20,000 nt of DNA from Chiloscyllium plagiosum (GCF_004010195.1 NC_057718.1:74891324-74911323); one strand, 5' to 3'. Numbered from the stretch's first letter, positions 1 through 10,097 are shown. A program made the numbers and translations. The notes: a model not told the origin generated them from the sequence alone.

Positions 1-1112
1 TTGCGCAATAATCAATGAACATCCTGATTTCTAACATTTTGATGAAGGGAAGATTATTGATGAAATAGTTGAGCATGGGACATCACACTGAGGGACTAAG
101 GACTCTTGCTACACAGTGGTAATGTATCTTCCTTTGAATCAGGAAGACTGGGTCCAAGTCCGATCTGTGCCAAAGGCATATTGTAGCATCATTGATAAGG
201 TTGATTAGAAAATGTCTACCCTGAGGAGCTCCTGCAGAGATGTCCTGGAGCTGACTATCCCCAACAACAACAATCTTTCTTTGTGTCAAGTATGACTTTA
301 ACCAGCAGAGAGTAATCCCTTTGATTCCCATTAACCCCAGTTTTGTTTGGGCTCCATGATGCCATACTTGATTAAAGGCAGTCACACTCTGGAATTCAGT
401 TCTTTTGTACAAGCTTGAGTCAAGGCTATAATGAAGTCAGGAGCTGAGTAGTCCTGGCAGAACCCAAACTGGACATCAGTGATTAGGTTTTTACTGAGCA
501 GGAGTTGCTTCATAACACTATTGACGACACCTTGCATCACTTTACTGATGTTCGAGAGTAGACTGATGGGGCAGGTTGGCCAGGTTGGAGTTTTCCTGCT
601 CTTTGTTTACTGGACCATACTTGGGCAATTTCTCGCATTGTCAAGTCAAAGCCGTTGCTGTAGCTATACTGGAATAATTTGGTTAGGAGTCCGGCATGTT
701 CTGGAACACAGTACTATTTCCAGAAATTTGATAGGGCCCATAATCACCCACATCACCTTCAGCTTTTTTTTAATATCACATGAAGTGAATTGATGGAATT
801 CCTGTGTTGTATTTTCACCAGCTTGACATCTCTGATTTTAGATATATCTGGTTCTGATCTTGCTGTGCACTAGAGCTCTCTTCATTGAACCAAGGTTAAT
901 CTCCTGGTTTGGTGGTAATCGTAGAATGGGGGTTATGTGGGAAAATGAGGTTAGAAATTAAGGCTGAATACAATTCTGTTACTGTTGATGATCCACATGA
1001 AATCTTATGAAATTTCAATTTGGATTTGGTCTATTTGTTCAAAATTTATCCCATAGTGAAAGTACTGCACAATATGGTTGAGAGTATCCTCAAAATGAAG
1101 GCAGAACTGTCC
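1..1112 (-). mobile_element. Old degraded non-LTR retrotransposon (CR1/L2-group LINE) ORF2 fragment, continuing beyond the left edge and interrupted by a SINE at 98-215
   Basis: The minus strand gives AFNQVWHHGAQTKLGLMGIKGITLCWLKSYLTQRKIVVV..DISAGAPQG (412-220). After the insert it gives YFINNLPFIKMLEIRMFIDYC (~70-3), a decayed PQG...FINDL...FADD RT segment. The right boundary near 1110 is approximate. Confidence 0.8.
98..215 (+). mobile_element. Short (~120 bp) tRNA-derived SINE inserted into the LINE RT
   Basis: It has an A-box-like ACAGTGGTAATG (113-124) and a B-box-like GGTCCAAGTCC (151-161). It splits the RT at the PQG motif and is flanked by a degraded direct repeat (CACACTGAGGGACT 84-97, CTACCCTGAGGAGCT 216-230). 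Confidence 0.65.
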
Positions 1113-1121
1113 AAACGAAAG

Positions 1122-2037
1122 TGCAGGCACTAAATAAAGATATACTTTCTCGCCATCTCTGAGTGTTGTTGCCTGCTGGAGGAGAATTTGTGCTCCGATG
1201 GACTGGATGGTAATTCCATCCTGTCAAGGTCACAACTGCACTGATTGTTTGGTCTGGTGGCTCCTATGAAGGAGCAAATTAGGGATGGTGTGGCGTCTTC
1301 CAATCTTTGACACGTAAATGCATCTAGATGCCATTTTCTCCAGAGCACAAATCTTCATATCCTTCCCCTTTGATGAGAAGATTTGAGCAGCTTGGGCGGT
1401 GGGATTATCCACCATTGCCAGCTTCCTCCAAATGCAGAGCACAATAGACTGCACCCACATTGCTTGGAGAGTACCCTATCAACAACCTGCAGAGTGTGCC
1501 ACTCGAGAAAAGGCTTTCACTCCATGAATGTTTAAATCACATCTGACCATTGACACCAAATTCCTGAGGTATCTTGTGAGCTGCCATGACTCACTTATAC
1601 TAGAGAATTCATACATTGTTATCTCCTTCCAAGGTCCCCCTGCCACACAGGTATGGCTGGGGAGAGAAAAAGGTACCTTATTGACCATAACTCACGACAC
1701 TTATGGAACCTTCAGAATGACTTCACATTTCACCAGGACCATAGCAGAACAGATTATAGGCTTCCTTAAGAGGAGGTTTTGATACCTGTTGGAGCTTGCA
1801 GTATGGGGAACAAAGTATGTGCTGCATCATTGTGGCATGGTCTGTCTATTACAACTGGAACTGATAAAATGGGTATGTCCTAGATGCAAATGAAATGGGA
1901 CAATGAAACAATTTTCTGAGAATGAAGATGGGACCCAGAATCAGGACATTGACCAGGAGAACCATCCCAGATAGCATGACAGAGCAATGTATCATCAAAC
2001 ATGAAAGACCAGAGAACATCTAATTGAAACTTCTTAA
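1122..2037 (+). pseudogene. PIF/Harbinger (HARBI1-like, DDE_Tnp_4) transposase fossil with multiple stops and frameshifts
   Basis: Manual translation across frames gives, in order: VKVTTALIVWSGGSYEG (from 1223), IASFLQMQSTIDCTHIA (1414-1464), KGFHSMNV, YLVSCHDSLILENS, WLGREKG, TRTIAEQIIGFLKRRF*YL, LQYG..CCIIVA, then an acidic tail ending REHLIETS* at 2037. These match Harbinger motifs GAIDCTH, NRKGFHS.N.Q, PGS.HD, LGDxGY and R..IE..FG.LK.RF.CL. Confidence 0.85.
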
Positions 2038-2519
2038 ATTGTTTAACATTTTGTTTTATTATGGTAAGTAGCCCATGATTCATGCAAAAGATACATGGAC
2101 TTCATTATTTTTGCAGACTTTGACCTCTTCTGCTGCTGATTTATGTATCTTGTTATCAATATAGTATTCTGTTTGATACCTCCATCTGATTCCACTTAAG
2201 GTTTCTCCACATAATGTACTATTGACCATTAGGGGAAAGCAACAGTGAGATAATGCACAAACATCGACTAAATGGGGCTACCTCTTAGGTAACTCTTATG
2301 ACATCTGTCAGAATATCATATCAAAATGTTGTGTAGCAAAGTCTGTCATGATAATCAGGAGCCTGAGAAGAATCCTTTCAACACCTCCATTATTTATAAC
2401 ACTTTGATGTTTCACATATGTGTAGACTATTGATGTTTCCATATCGTTGAGGACAATTTGAGCCCGAAAGAGCAGGTAAGCAGCACTTTGTACAGTTGTT
2501 CTTGGTAGACTGTTGCATT

Positions 2520-2551
2520 ATGTGGGAGAGTGAACATGTGGGAGAGTGAAC
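2520..2551. repeat. Perfect 16-bp tandem duplication (ATGTGGGAGAGTGAAC x2)
   Basis: Read directly: 2520-2535 is identical to 2536-2551. Confidence 0.95.
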
Positions 2552-2966
2552 ACTTTAATTCGCAGTGAATTCCCCTTAGAAGCTGATCAACGGAACAAAC
2601 CTTTTCCTGTAGAGATGTGTAGACCCATTACTGGTTTCATACTCTCACACATAAGGTGGGTGCAAATGTAGAATAATGCAGATGGGTGAGGCCCTAGCAC
2701 ATTCTCTGCCTCAGTAGCTTCATTGTTGCGCATATAGTCATGTAAGGTGCGTGCTTTATATTAATCTCATTTATTTTGGACCTTAGGTTTTGAACCCAGT
2801 GGCATGTGAGTTTCTGTCTTTGTATATGAAGGGGTTTAATAATTAACTCAACAGGCTTTCTGATCTATGACTTTAAACCAGTACATATCAGAAAGCAGTT
2901 AACTGAGATAATGTGAGTTTGTTTGTATTGTGAGAGTCTTGTGATCAGAGAGAGCAAGCACTGAAA

Positions 2967-3183
2967 GGGGATTTCAACTTATTAACATCAACTGGGATCA
3001 TTTCAGTGTGAAAGGATCAGGCAGGGTGAAATTTTTAAAATGCATCCATGCATTTAAAATGCTCTTCGTGCCAGTATGTAGATAGTCCAACCAGAAATGG
3101 AGCAGTGCTAGATTTGATCTCTGTTGGTCAGTATGGACATGGTGGGCTGAAGGGCCTGTTCCTATGCTGTTTGACATTATGAT
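2967..3183 (+). mobile_element. CR1 fragment in which an AP-endonuclease segment is fused directly to the CR1 3' tail
   Basis: GDFN..NINWDHFSVKGSGRVKFLKCIH..QYVDSPTRNGAVLDLI (2967-3120) is followed immediately by the tail GGTCAGTATGGACATGGTGGGCTGAAGGGCCTGTTCCTATGCTGT. Confidence 0.75.
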
Positions 3184-3705
3184 ACATAATTCTCGAAATG
3201 GAAATCGGAATGGTGACCTCAGCTGGCTTCTGGATGTGAAGAACCTCCACGATCTCACCATGAATTAGTATTTCCAGGTCTGATCTATGGGCACCAGCCT
3301 CAAGTTTGCATCATTCATGAACATTGAGACATGATACTTGCCAAACCCTCAGGATTCTTACGACTCGTCTTCTTCAAGACATTAACAGTATACTTAGAAG
3401 CACAGAACTATATCACATGACATACCAACGTTGAAGAGCTTGAGACAGCTGCATCCCCATAGTGTAACTGCATTCCTGCAGCCTTTGGGCTATGAGAGCC
3501 ACTGTCTCCCATGTACCTGTGTGCTAATCCCTAGCCTCCTTATGCATGTGGGTAAAGTTCCTGATTGCTGACACCATATGATCCTTTTCTGCCTTGGGCT
3601 TTATCAACATAATGTTTCCACTGAGCTATCAGTATGGTAGCTAGAAGGGAAGTGCAGGAGAAATAGGATGCTTCTGGCTGCGCAGGCTGTTTCTCTGCTG
3701 AGGTT

Positions 3706-4210
3706 ATGGAGTCACAGAATCATACAATATGGAAACAGACTTTTTGGCCTATCTCATCCATGCCAACCATGTTTCCTAAACTGAAGCAGTCTTGCCTACA
3801 TTTCCCACATTCCTCTAAACTTTTTCTATCCATGTATCTGTCCAAACAACTTTTAAGTGTTGCAATTGTACTTGGCTCTTACAGTTCCTCTCGCAGTTTG
3901 TTCCATATATGCACTACCCTTTGTAGAAAAAGTTACTCCTAAGGTCCCTTTTAAACCTTTCCCCTGTCACCATGCTCTCTAATTTGGGACTCCCTACCCT
4001 AGGGAAAAGACCTTAGCTATTCATCTGATCTATGTCACTCATGATTTTATAAACCTCTATAAGATCACCCCTTAGCCTTATACATATCAGAGAAAAAAAA
4101 TCCCAATCTATCCAGCCTTTTCTTAGAACTCAAACTCTCCAGTCATGCTAACATCCCTGTAAAGTTTTTTTTAATCCTTTCCAGTTTAATAACATCCTTC
4201 CCGTAGCAGG
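3706..4210 (-). mobile_element. CR1 LINE 3' portion (ORF2 C-terminus plus 3' UTR)
   Basis: The minus strand reads CYGKDVIKLER...RGDLIEVYKIM. The 3' tail motif lies at 3706-3770. Confidence 0.85.
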
Positions 4211-4391
4211 CCTGTGACCAGTGGTATGCTGCAAGGATCAGTGTCGGATCCACTGTTGTTCATCATTTAAATAAACAATTTGTATGAGAATATAGGAGGC
4301 ATGGTTCGTAAGTTTGTGGATGACACCAAAATTGGTGGTATAGTGGACAGTGAAGACGATTACCTAAGAGTACAATAGGATCTTAGATCAA
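4208..4391 (+). mobile_element. CR1 RT fragment, head-to-head with the preceding minus-strand piece
   Basis: PVTSGMLQGSVSDPLLF..GGMVRKFVDDTKIGGIVDSEDDYLRVQ*DLR is a decayed [14 protein letters not shown] core. Confidence 0.85.
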
Positions 4392-4583
4392 GTTAGAGAA
4401 CATGGTATCCAGGGGGAGCTAACAAATTGGATACAAAATGGACTTGAAGGTAGAAGACAGAGCATGGTGGTGGGGGGTTGTTTTTCAGATTGATGGCCTG
4501 TAACCAGCAGTGTGCCACAAGGATCAGTGCTGGGTCCACTGCTTTTCATCATTTATATAAATGACTTGAATGTAAATATAGGC
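4392..4583 (+). mobile_element. CR1 RT fragment, left part of a host element that resumes at 6459
   Basis: [53 protein letters not shown] stops at 4583 and continues as GMVSKFADDTK at 6459. Confidence 0.85.
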
Positions 4584-6458
4584 AGTACAGCATAGTACAG
4601 GCTCTTTGGCCTTGATGTTATGTCAACCTTTTATCTAATTTTAAGATTAAACTAACCTACATACTCCTCATTGTACTATCATCCATGTGCCTATCCAAGA
4701 GTCGCTTAAGTGTCCCTAATGTATCTGACTCTACGGCCATTGCTGCAGTGCATTCCATTCTCCACCCACCACTCTCTGTGTAAAGAAACAACCTCTGACA
4801 TCTCCCCTAAATCTTCCTCCAATCACCTTAAAATTATGCCCCCTCGTGATAGCCATTTCCACCCTGGGAAAATGTCTCTGGCTATCCATGCTATCATTGC
4901 CTCTCATCATCTTGTACACCTCGATCAAGTCACCTCTCATCCTTCTTCACTCCAGTGAGAAAAGTCTGAACTCCCTCAACCTTTCTTCATAAGACATGCC
5001 CTCCATTCCAGGCAGTATCCTGGTAAATCTTCTCTGAGCCCTCTCTAAAGCTTCCATATCCTTCTTATAATGAGACAACCAGAACTGAAGACAATATTTC
5101 AAGTGTGGTCTAACCAGGGCTTTATACAACTGCAACATAACCTCGCAGCTCTTAAACTCAATCCCCCTGCTAATGAAAGCCAACACACCATAAGCTTTCT
5201 TAACAACCCTATCAACCTGGGTAGCGACTTTGAGGGATCAATGGATGTGGATCCCAAGATCCCACTGTTCCTTCACACTATCTTTGATCCTGTAATCTGC
5301 ATTCAAATTTAGCCTTTCAAAATGAATCACTTTACACTTTTCCAGGTTGAACTCCACCTGGCACGTCCATCATCTTGTCAATATTCCATTGCAACCTACA
5401 ACAGCCCTCCACACTTTCCACAACTCCACCAATTTTGTGTCAACAACAAACTTATTAACCCACCCTTCCACTTTCTCATCCAAGTCATTTATAAAAATCA
5501 CAAAGAGCAGAGGTCTCAGAACGGATCCCTGCAGAACACCACTGGTCATCGAGCTCCAGGCTGAATACTTTCCATCTACTACCACCCTCTGTCTTCTATA
5601 GGCCTTCCAATTCTGTACCCAGACAGTCAAATATCCCTGTATCCCATGCCTCCTTACTTTCTGAATGAGATTACCAAAGGGAAGCTTAACAAATACCTTG
5701 CTAAAATCCATATTTATAACATTCACTGCTCTACCTTCATCAATGTGTTTTGTCATATCCTCAAATAATTCAATAAGGCTGTGAGGATGACCTGCTCCTC
5801 AGAAAGCCACGCTGACTGTTTCTAATCTGATCAAGGTCCCCTTGTACTATAAGATAATCTTTTTTGCTGTCTGTAAACTTACTAACCATACCAAGAATGG
5901 AAAACTTTTCCAAATAATCATAAATCCTGTCTCTCAGAATCTTCTCCAACACTTTGCCCACCACCAATGAAAGAATGACTGGTCTATAATTCCCAGGGCT
6001 ATCCCTGTTTCCTCCAATCATCTGGTACTACTCCAGTGGACAGTGAAGATGCAAAGATCATCGCTAAAAGTGCAGCAATCTCTTTCCTCACTTCTCATAA
6101 TAACCGTGGATATATCCCGTCTGGCCCAAGGGACTTATCTATCCATGTTTATCAAAATTTTCAGCACATCTTCCAGCTTAACATCAACCTGTTTGAGCAT
6201 ATCAATCTGTTTCACACTGTCCTCACAAACAACAAGGTCCCTCTCAGTTGTGAATATTGAAGGAAAGTATTCATTAATGACCTCCCTTACCTCCTCTGAC
6301 TCCAGGCACAAGTTCCTTCCACTGTCCCTGATCAGCCCTACCTACATTCTGGCCATCCTTTTGTTCCTCACATAAGTGTAGAATGTCTTGGGGTTTTCCT
6401 TAAACCAACCCACCAAGGCTTTTACATGCCCCCTTCTCGCTCTCCTAAGTCCATTCTT
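4584..6458 (-). mobile_element. 5'-truncated CR1 LINE nested inside another CR1
   Basis: The minus-strand ORFs are collinear ORF2 pieces: [71 protein letters not shown] and RGDLIEVYK. The 3' tail lies at ~4584-4620. Confidence 0.92.
5825..5901 (-). repeat. 77-bp inverted local copy of 6450-6553 with a 27-bp internal deletion
   Basis: The reverse complement of 5825-5901 is TCCATTCTTGGTATGGTTAGTAAGTTT+ACAGACAGCAAAAAAGATTATCTTATAGTACAAGGGGACCTTGATCAGAT. It matches 6450-6553 except for the deletion and 2 adjacent mismatches. Confidence 0.92.
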
Positions 6459-7362
6459 GGTATGGTTAGTAAGTTTGCAGATGACACCAAAATAGGTGGT
6501 TTTACAGACAGTGAAAAAGATTATCTTATAGTACAAGGGGACCTTGATCAGATGAGTCAATGACCTGAACAGTGGCAGATGGAGTTTAATTTATATAAAC
6601 ATGAAGTGTTGAATTTTGGTAAGGCAAACCAGAGCAGGATGTATAGAGTTAATGGTTGGACCCGGGGGAGAGTTGCTGAACAAAGAGCCTGAGGGGTGCA
6701 GGTGCACAATTCCTTGAAAGTGGAGTTGCAGATAGAGAGGGTGATGAAGAGGATGTTTGACACTCTTATTTTCATTTGTCAGAACACTGAGTACAGAAGT
6801 TGGGATGTTATGTTATGGCTGTACTATTGGTGAGACTACTTTTAGAATACTGCATACAATTCTGGTTGCCCTTCTATAGGAAGGATGTTGTTAAACTTGA
6901 AAGAGTGCAGAAAAGATTTACAAGGATGTTGCCATGGTTAGATGGTTTGATTTAAAGGGAGAGGCTGATTAGACTGATTAGGCTGGTGCTTTTCTCCCTG
7001 TGGCATCAGAGGCTGAGGAGTGACCTTGTAGAGATTTATAAAATCATGAGGGGTATGGATAGGGTGAATTTTCCCAGGGTGGGGAAGTCCAAAACCAGAG
7101 GGCATTGGTTTAAGGTGAGAGGAGAAACATTTAGAAGGAGCCAAAGTGATGGTATGTGTATTGAATGAGCTGCTGGAGGAAGTGGTGGAGCTAGTACAAT
7201 TACAACCTTTAAAAGGCATCTGAATAGTTATATGAATAGGGAAGATTTAGGGGGATATGGGCCAAATGCTGGCAAGAGGGTGTAGGTCAGATTGGGATGT
7301 CTGGTTGGCAGATAAGTTGGACTGAAGATTCTGGTTCCATGCTGTATAACTCTATGAATCTA
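6459..7362 (+). mobile_element. CR1 LINE 3' half (continuation of 4392-4583) through the 3' tail
   Basis: It reads GMVSKFADDTKIGG..WQMEFN..LEYCIQFW..RVQKRFTRMLP..RSDLVEIYKIMRG. The tail CCATGCTGTATAACTCTATGAATCTA lies near 7337-7362. Confidence 0.9.
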
Positions 7363-7372
7363 TTACTCTGTA

Positions 7373-7686
7373 ACTGGACCAGTGGGCTGAGGAATGGTAG
7401 GTGGAGTTTAATTTAGATCAATGTGAGATGTTCCAATTTGTTGAGATTCACACAGTTAATGGTGGGGGTCTGGGCAGTGCTGTCAAACAGAGAGACCTAG
7501 AAATGCTGGTACATAGTTCCTTGAAGATGGCGTCATTGGTAGAAAAGGTGGCGAAGAAGGTGTTTGGCACATTTGCCTTCATGGGTTAGATCATTGGGGT
7601 GTCATGTTACTGGTGTACAAGACATTGATAAAGCCACATTTGAAGTATTGTGTACAATTCTGGTTGTCCTGCTATAGGAAGGTGAT
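7373..7686 (+). mobile_element. Degraded CR1 ORF2 fragment
   Basis: It reads EFNLDQCE..KQRDL..SSLKMAS..KKVFGTFAF..YKTLIKPHLKYCVQFWLSCYRK. Confidence 0.8.
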
Positions 7687-7856
7687 GGAAGTTGGTAACT
7701 GTAAAACACAAGGTGTTGTGGCCAATGGTCAGGAATGGTATGCAATGAATGACACTGACAGTGGGGTTCATGTAAACATTGCAGAGGAGTGAAGAGTGAT
7801 ATTTACTGAATTGGCTGAACATGGATGTCCCAGCATCCCTTCAGGAGTGATCCTGG

Positions 7857-8592
7857 TTTGGGGAGTGTTGCTGAACAAAGAGAGCTTGGAATGCAGGTTC
7901 AGAGTTCCTTGAAAGTTGAATCCCAGGTAGATAGGATAGTGAAGAAGGCATTTGGTACGCTTACCTTTATTGGACAGAGCATTGAGTATAGCATTTGGGA
8001 GATCATGTTGCGGCTGTACAGGACATTGGTTAGGCCATTTTTGGAATATTGTGTACAATTCTGGCCTCCCTCCTATCAGAAGGCTAATGTGAAACTTGAA
8101 AGGGTTCAGAAAAAATTTACAAGGCTGTTGCCAGGGTTGGAGGGCTTGAGCTACAAGGAGAGGCTGAATAAGCAGGAGTTGTTTTCCCTGGAGTGTTGGA
8201 GGCTGAGGGGTGACTTTATAGAGGTTTATAAAAGCATGAGAGGCATGAATAGGATAAATAGACAAGGTCTTTTCCCTGAGGTGGGGGAGTCCAGAACAAG
8301 AGGGCATAGGTTTAGGCTGAGAGGGGAACAATTTTAAAGGGACCTAAGGACCAGCTTTTTCACGCAGTGGGTGGTGCGTGTATGGAATGAGTTGCTAGAG
8401 GTAGTGGTGGAAGTTGGTACACTTCCAATATTTAAAAGGCACCTGGATGGGTATATGAATAGGAAGGTTTAGAGGGATATGGGCTAAGTGCTGGCAAATG
8501 GGACTAGATTAGATGGGATATCTGGTCGGCATGGACGAGTTGGACCAAAGGGTCTGTTTCTCTGCTGTACATCTCTATGACTCTTTGACTCC
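7857..8592 (+). mobile_element. 5'-truncated CR1 LINE (ORF2 C-terminus, 3' UTR and tail)
   Basis: ORF 7825-8337 reads EQRELGMQV..LYRTLVRPFLEYCVQFW..LERVQKKFTRLLPG..RLRGDFIEVYK..TRGH. The tail ends AGGGTCTGTTTCTCTGCTGTACATCTCTATGACTC. Confidence 0.9.
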
Positions 8593-8689
8593 ATATAATA
8601 AAGATAAAATAGTCATGGTGGGTAGGGTAATGGAGAAATTGATACGGACCAGACTGGGCCTTCGCATAAATCCCACATTAACAAGGTTC

Positions 8690-8714
8690 GGGGGAGTGGG
8701 TGGGGTGGGTGGGG
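8690..8714 (+). other. G-quadruplex-type motif (five G tracts with 1-3 nt loops)
   Basis: GGGGG AGT GGG T GGGG T GGG T GGGG, read directly. Folding is not tested. Confidence 0.7.
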
Positions 8715-8986
8715 TGCAGAAAAGATTTACAAGGATGTTGCCATGGTTAGAGGGGTAGAGTGGATCTTTGCTAATAATAAAATTTAGGGAAAAGTGTGAA
8801 TACATAAACATTGGATTCATTAGTGCAGTAGCAGAGTCCCTTTCAGAATGGAGTGTGTAAAATCATTCATCGGTAGATGAGATGGTTTAGAAAATTTTAA
8901 TGGATGTGCTCCGAAGTGGACAGTCTACCTATTAATATTATTATCTTCCAGATAAGAGCTTAGCATGAAATAATTAGGGGATACAC

Positions 8987-9299
8987 GGTGGGCGGCACGG
9001 TGGCACAGTGGTTAGCACTGCTGCCTCACAGCGCCAGAAACCCGGGTTCAATTCCCGACTCAGGCGACTGACTGTGTGGAGTTTGCACATTCTCCCCGTG
9101 TCTGCGTGGGTTTCCTCCGGGTACTCCGGTTTCCTCCCACAGTCCAAAGATGTGCAGGTTAGGTGAATTGGCCATGCTAAATTGCCCGTAGTGTTAGGAA
9201 AAGGCGTAAATGTAGGGGAATGGGTGGGTTGCGCTTTGGTGGGTCGGTGTAGACTTGTTGGGCCAAAGGGCCTGTTTCCACACTGTAAGTAATCTAATC
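8987..9299 (+). mobile_element. HE1-like tRNA-derived V-SINE, full length
   Basis: It has an A box TGGCACAGTGG, a B box GGTTCAATTCC, a V-domain-like GTGTGGAGTTTGCACATTCTCCCCGTGTCTGCGTGGGTTTCCTCCGGG, and a CR1-like tail GGGCCTGTTTCCACACTGTA followed by TAATC repeats. Confidence 0.92.
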
Positions 9300-9793
9300 A
9301 TATAGATCATATCAATTTGTTTTTGGTAGAGATCCTTTGGTAAAAGCTTACTACAGTAAGCTTTCCTTTGAGTACTTGAATGTCTTACATACAGGGAGAA
9401 GGTCGTTCATTAAGGTTGATATTTCAGAGGAATTTCAGCAAGTCTCATGACATTAAATTTGGCCATCAGAAATAAATTTTAATTCAGGGGACCTGGCGTA
9501 TTTCAAAAGAGAAATACAGAAAATGTGGAAAGGTCTGGATAAGGCAGTGATGGGAAAACAATAATTCAATAACATGGTAACAAATAATTAGAATGCATCC
9601 CTCTAATTGGCATTGATCACACCCTTATAGAATCTGAACAAATAATAGAAAATAATGCGACACCATGCATTTCATATACACATATGTTGGAACGTTATGT
9701 GGTTCAGATTATGGTGGATGAAGAGCTGACTGAATATGAACAAAGTGACACAGAGTTGTAGGACAAGGTTATTTGCCATAGTTCACAGCTTAT

Positions 9794-10097
9794 ATTAGAT
9801 TAGATCACTTACAGTGTGGAAACAGGCCCTTCGGCCCAACAAGTCCACACTGACCCACAACCCACCCAGACCCATTCCCCTACATTTATCCCTTCACCTA
9901 ACACTACGGGCAATTTAGCATGGTCAATTCACCTAACCTGCACATTTTTGGACTGTGGGAGGAAACTGGAGCACCCAGAGAAAACCCACGCAGACACGGG
10001 GAGAATGTGCAAACTCCACACAGTCAGTTGTCTGAGGCGGGAATTGAACCCAGGTCTCTGGCGCTGTGAGGCAGTAATGCTAACCACTGTGCCACCC
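9794..10097 (-). mobile_element. HE1-like tRNA-derived V-SINE, inverted relative to 8987-9299
   Basis: The reverse complement matches the 8987-9299 copy along its length. The (TAATC)n tail appears as ATTAGATTAGA at 9794-9804. Confidence 0.92.

Noticed and set aside
1528..1782. Functional domesticated HARBI1 gene
   Set aside because: Multiple in-frame stops, frameshifts and a degraded GDxGY motif indicate a dead transposon copy.
2421..2481. Exon ending at CAG|GTAAG (2475/2476)
   Set aside because: All three frames from the nearest upstream AG contain stops, and there is no good pyrimidine tract.
2770..2965. Possible LTR fragment
   Set aside because: There is no TG...CA pair, PBS or second copy in the window, so it cannot be supported.
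7687..7856. Upstream continuation of the integrase (GTTGTGGCCAATGG resembling a VVAMD motif)
   Set aside because: There is only one weak motif and the following residues do not fit, so it is left unassigned.
8990..9062. tRNA gene
   Set aside because: The A/B boxes belong to a SINE head that continues into the V-domain and LINE-derived tail. It is not a standalone tRNA.
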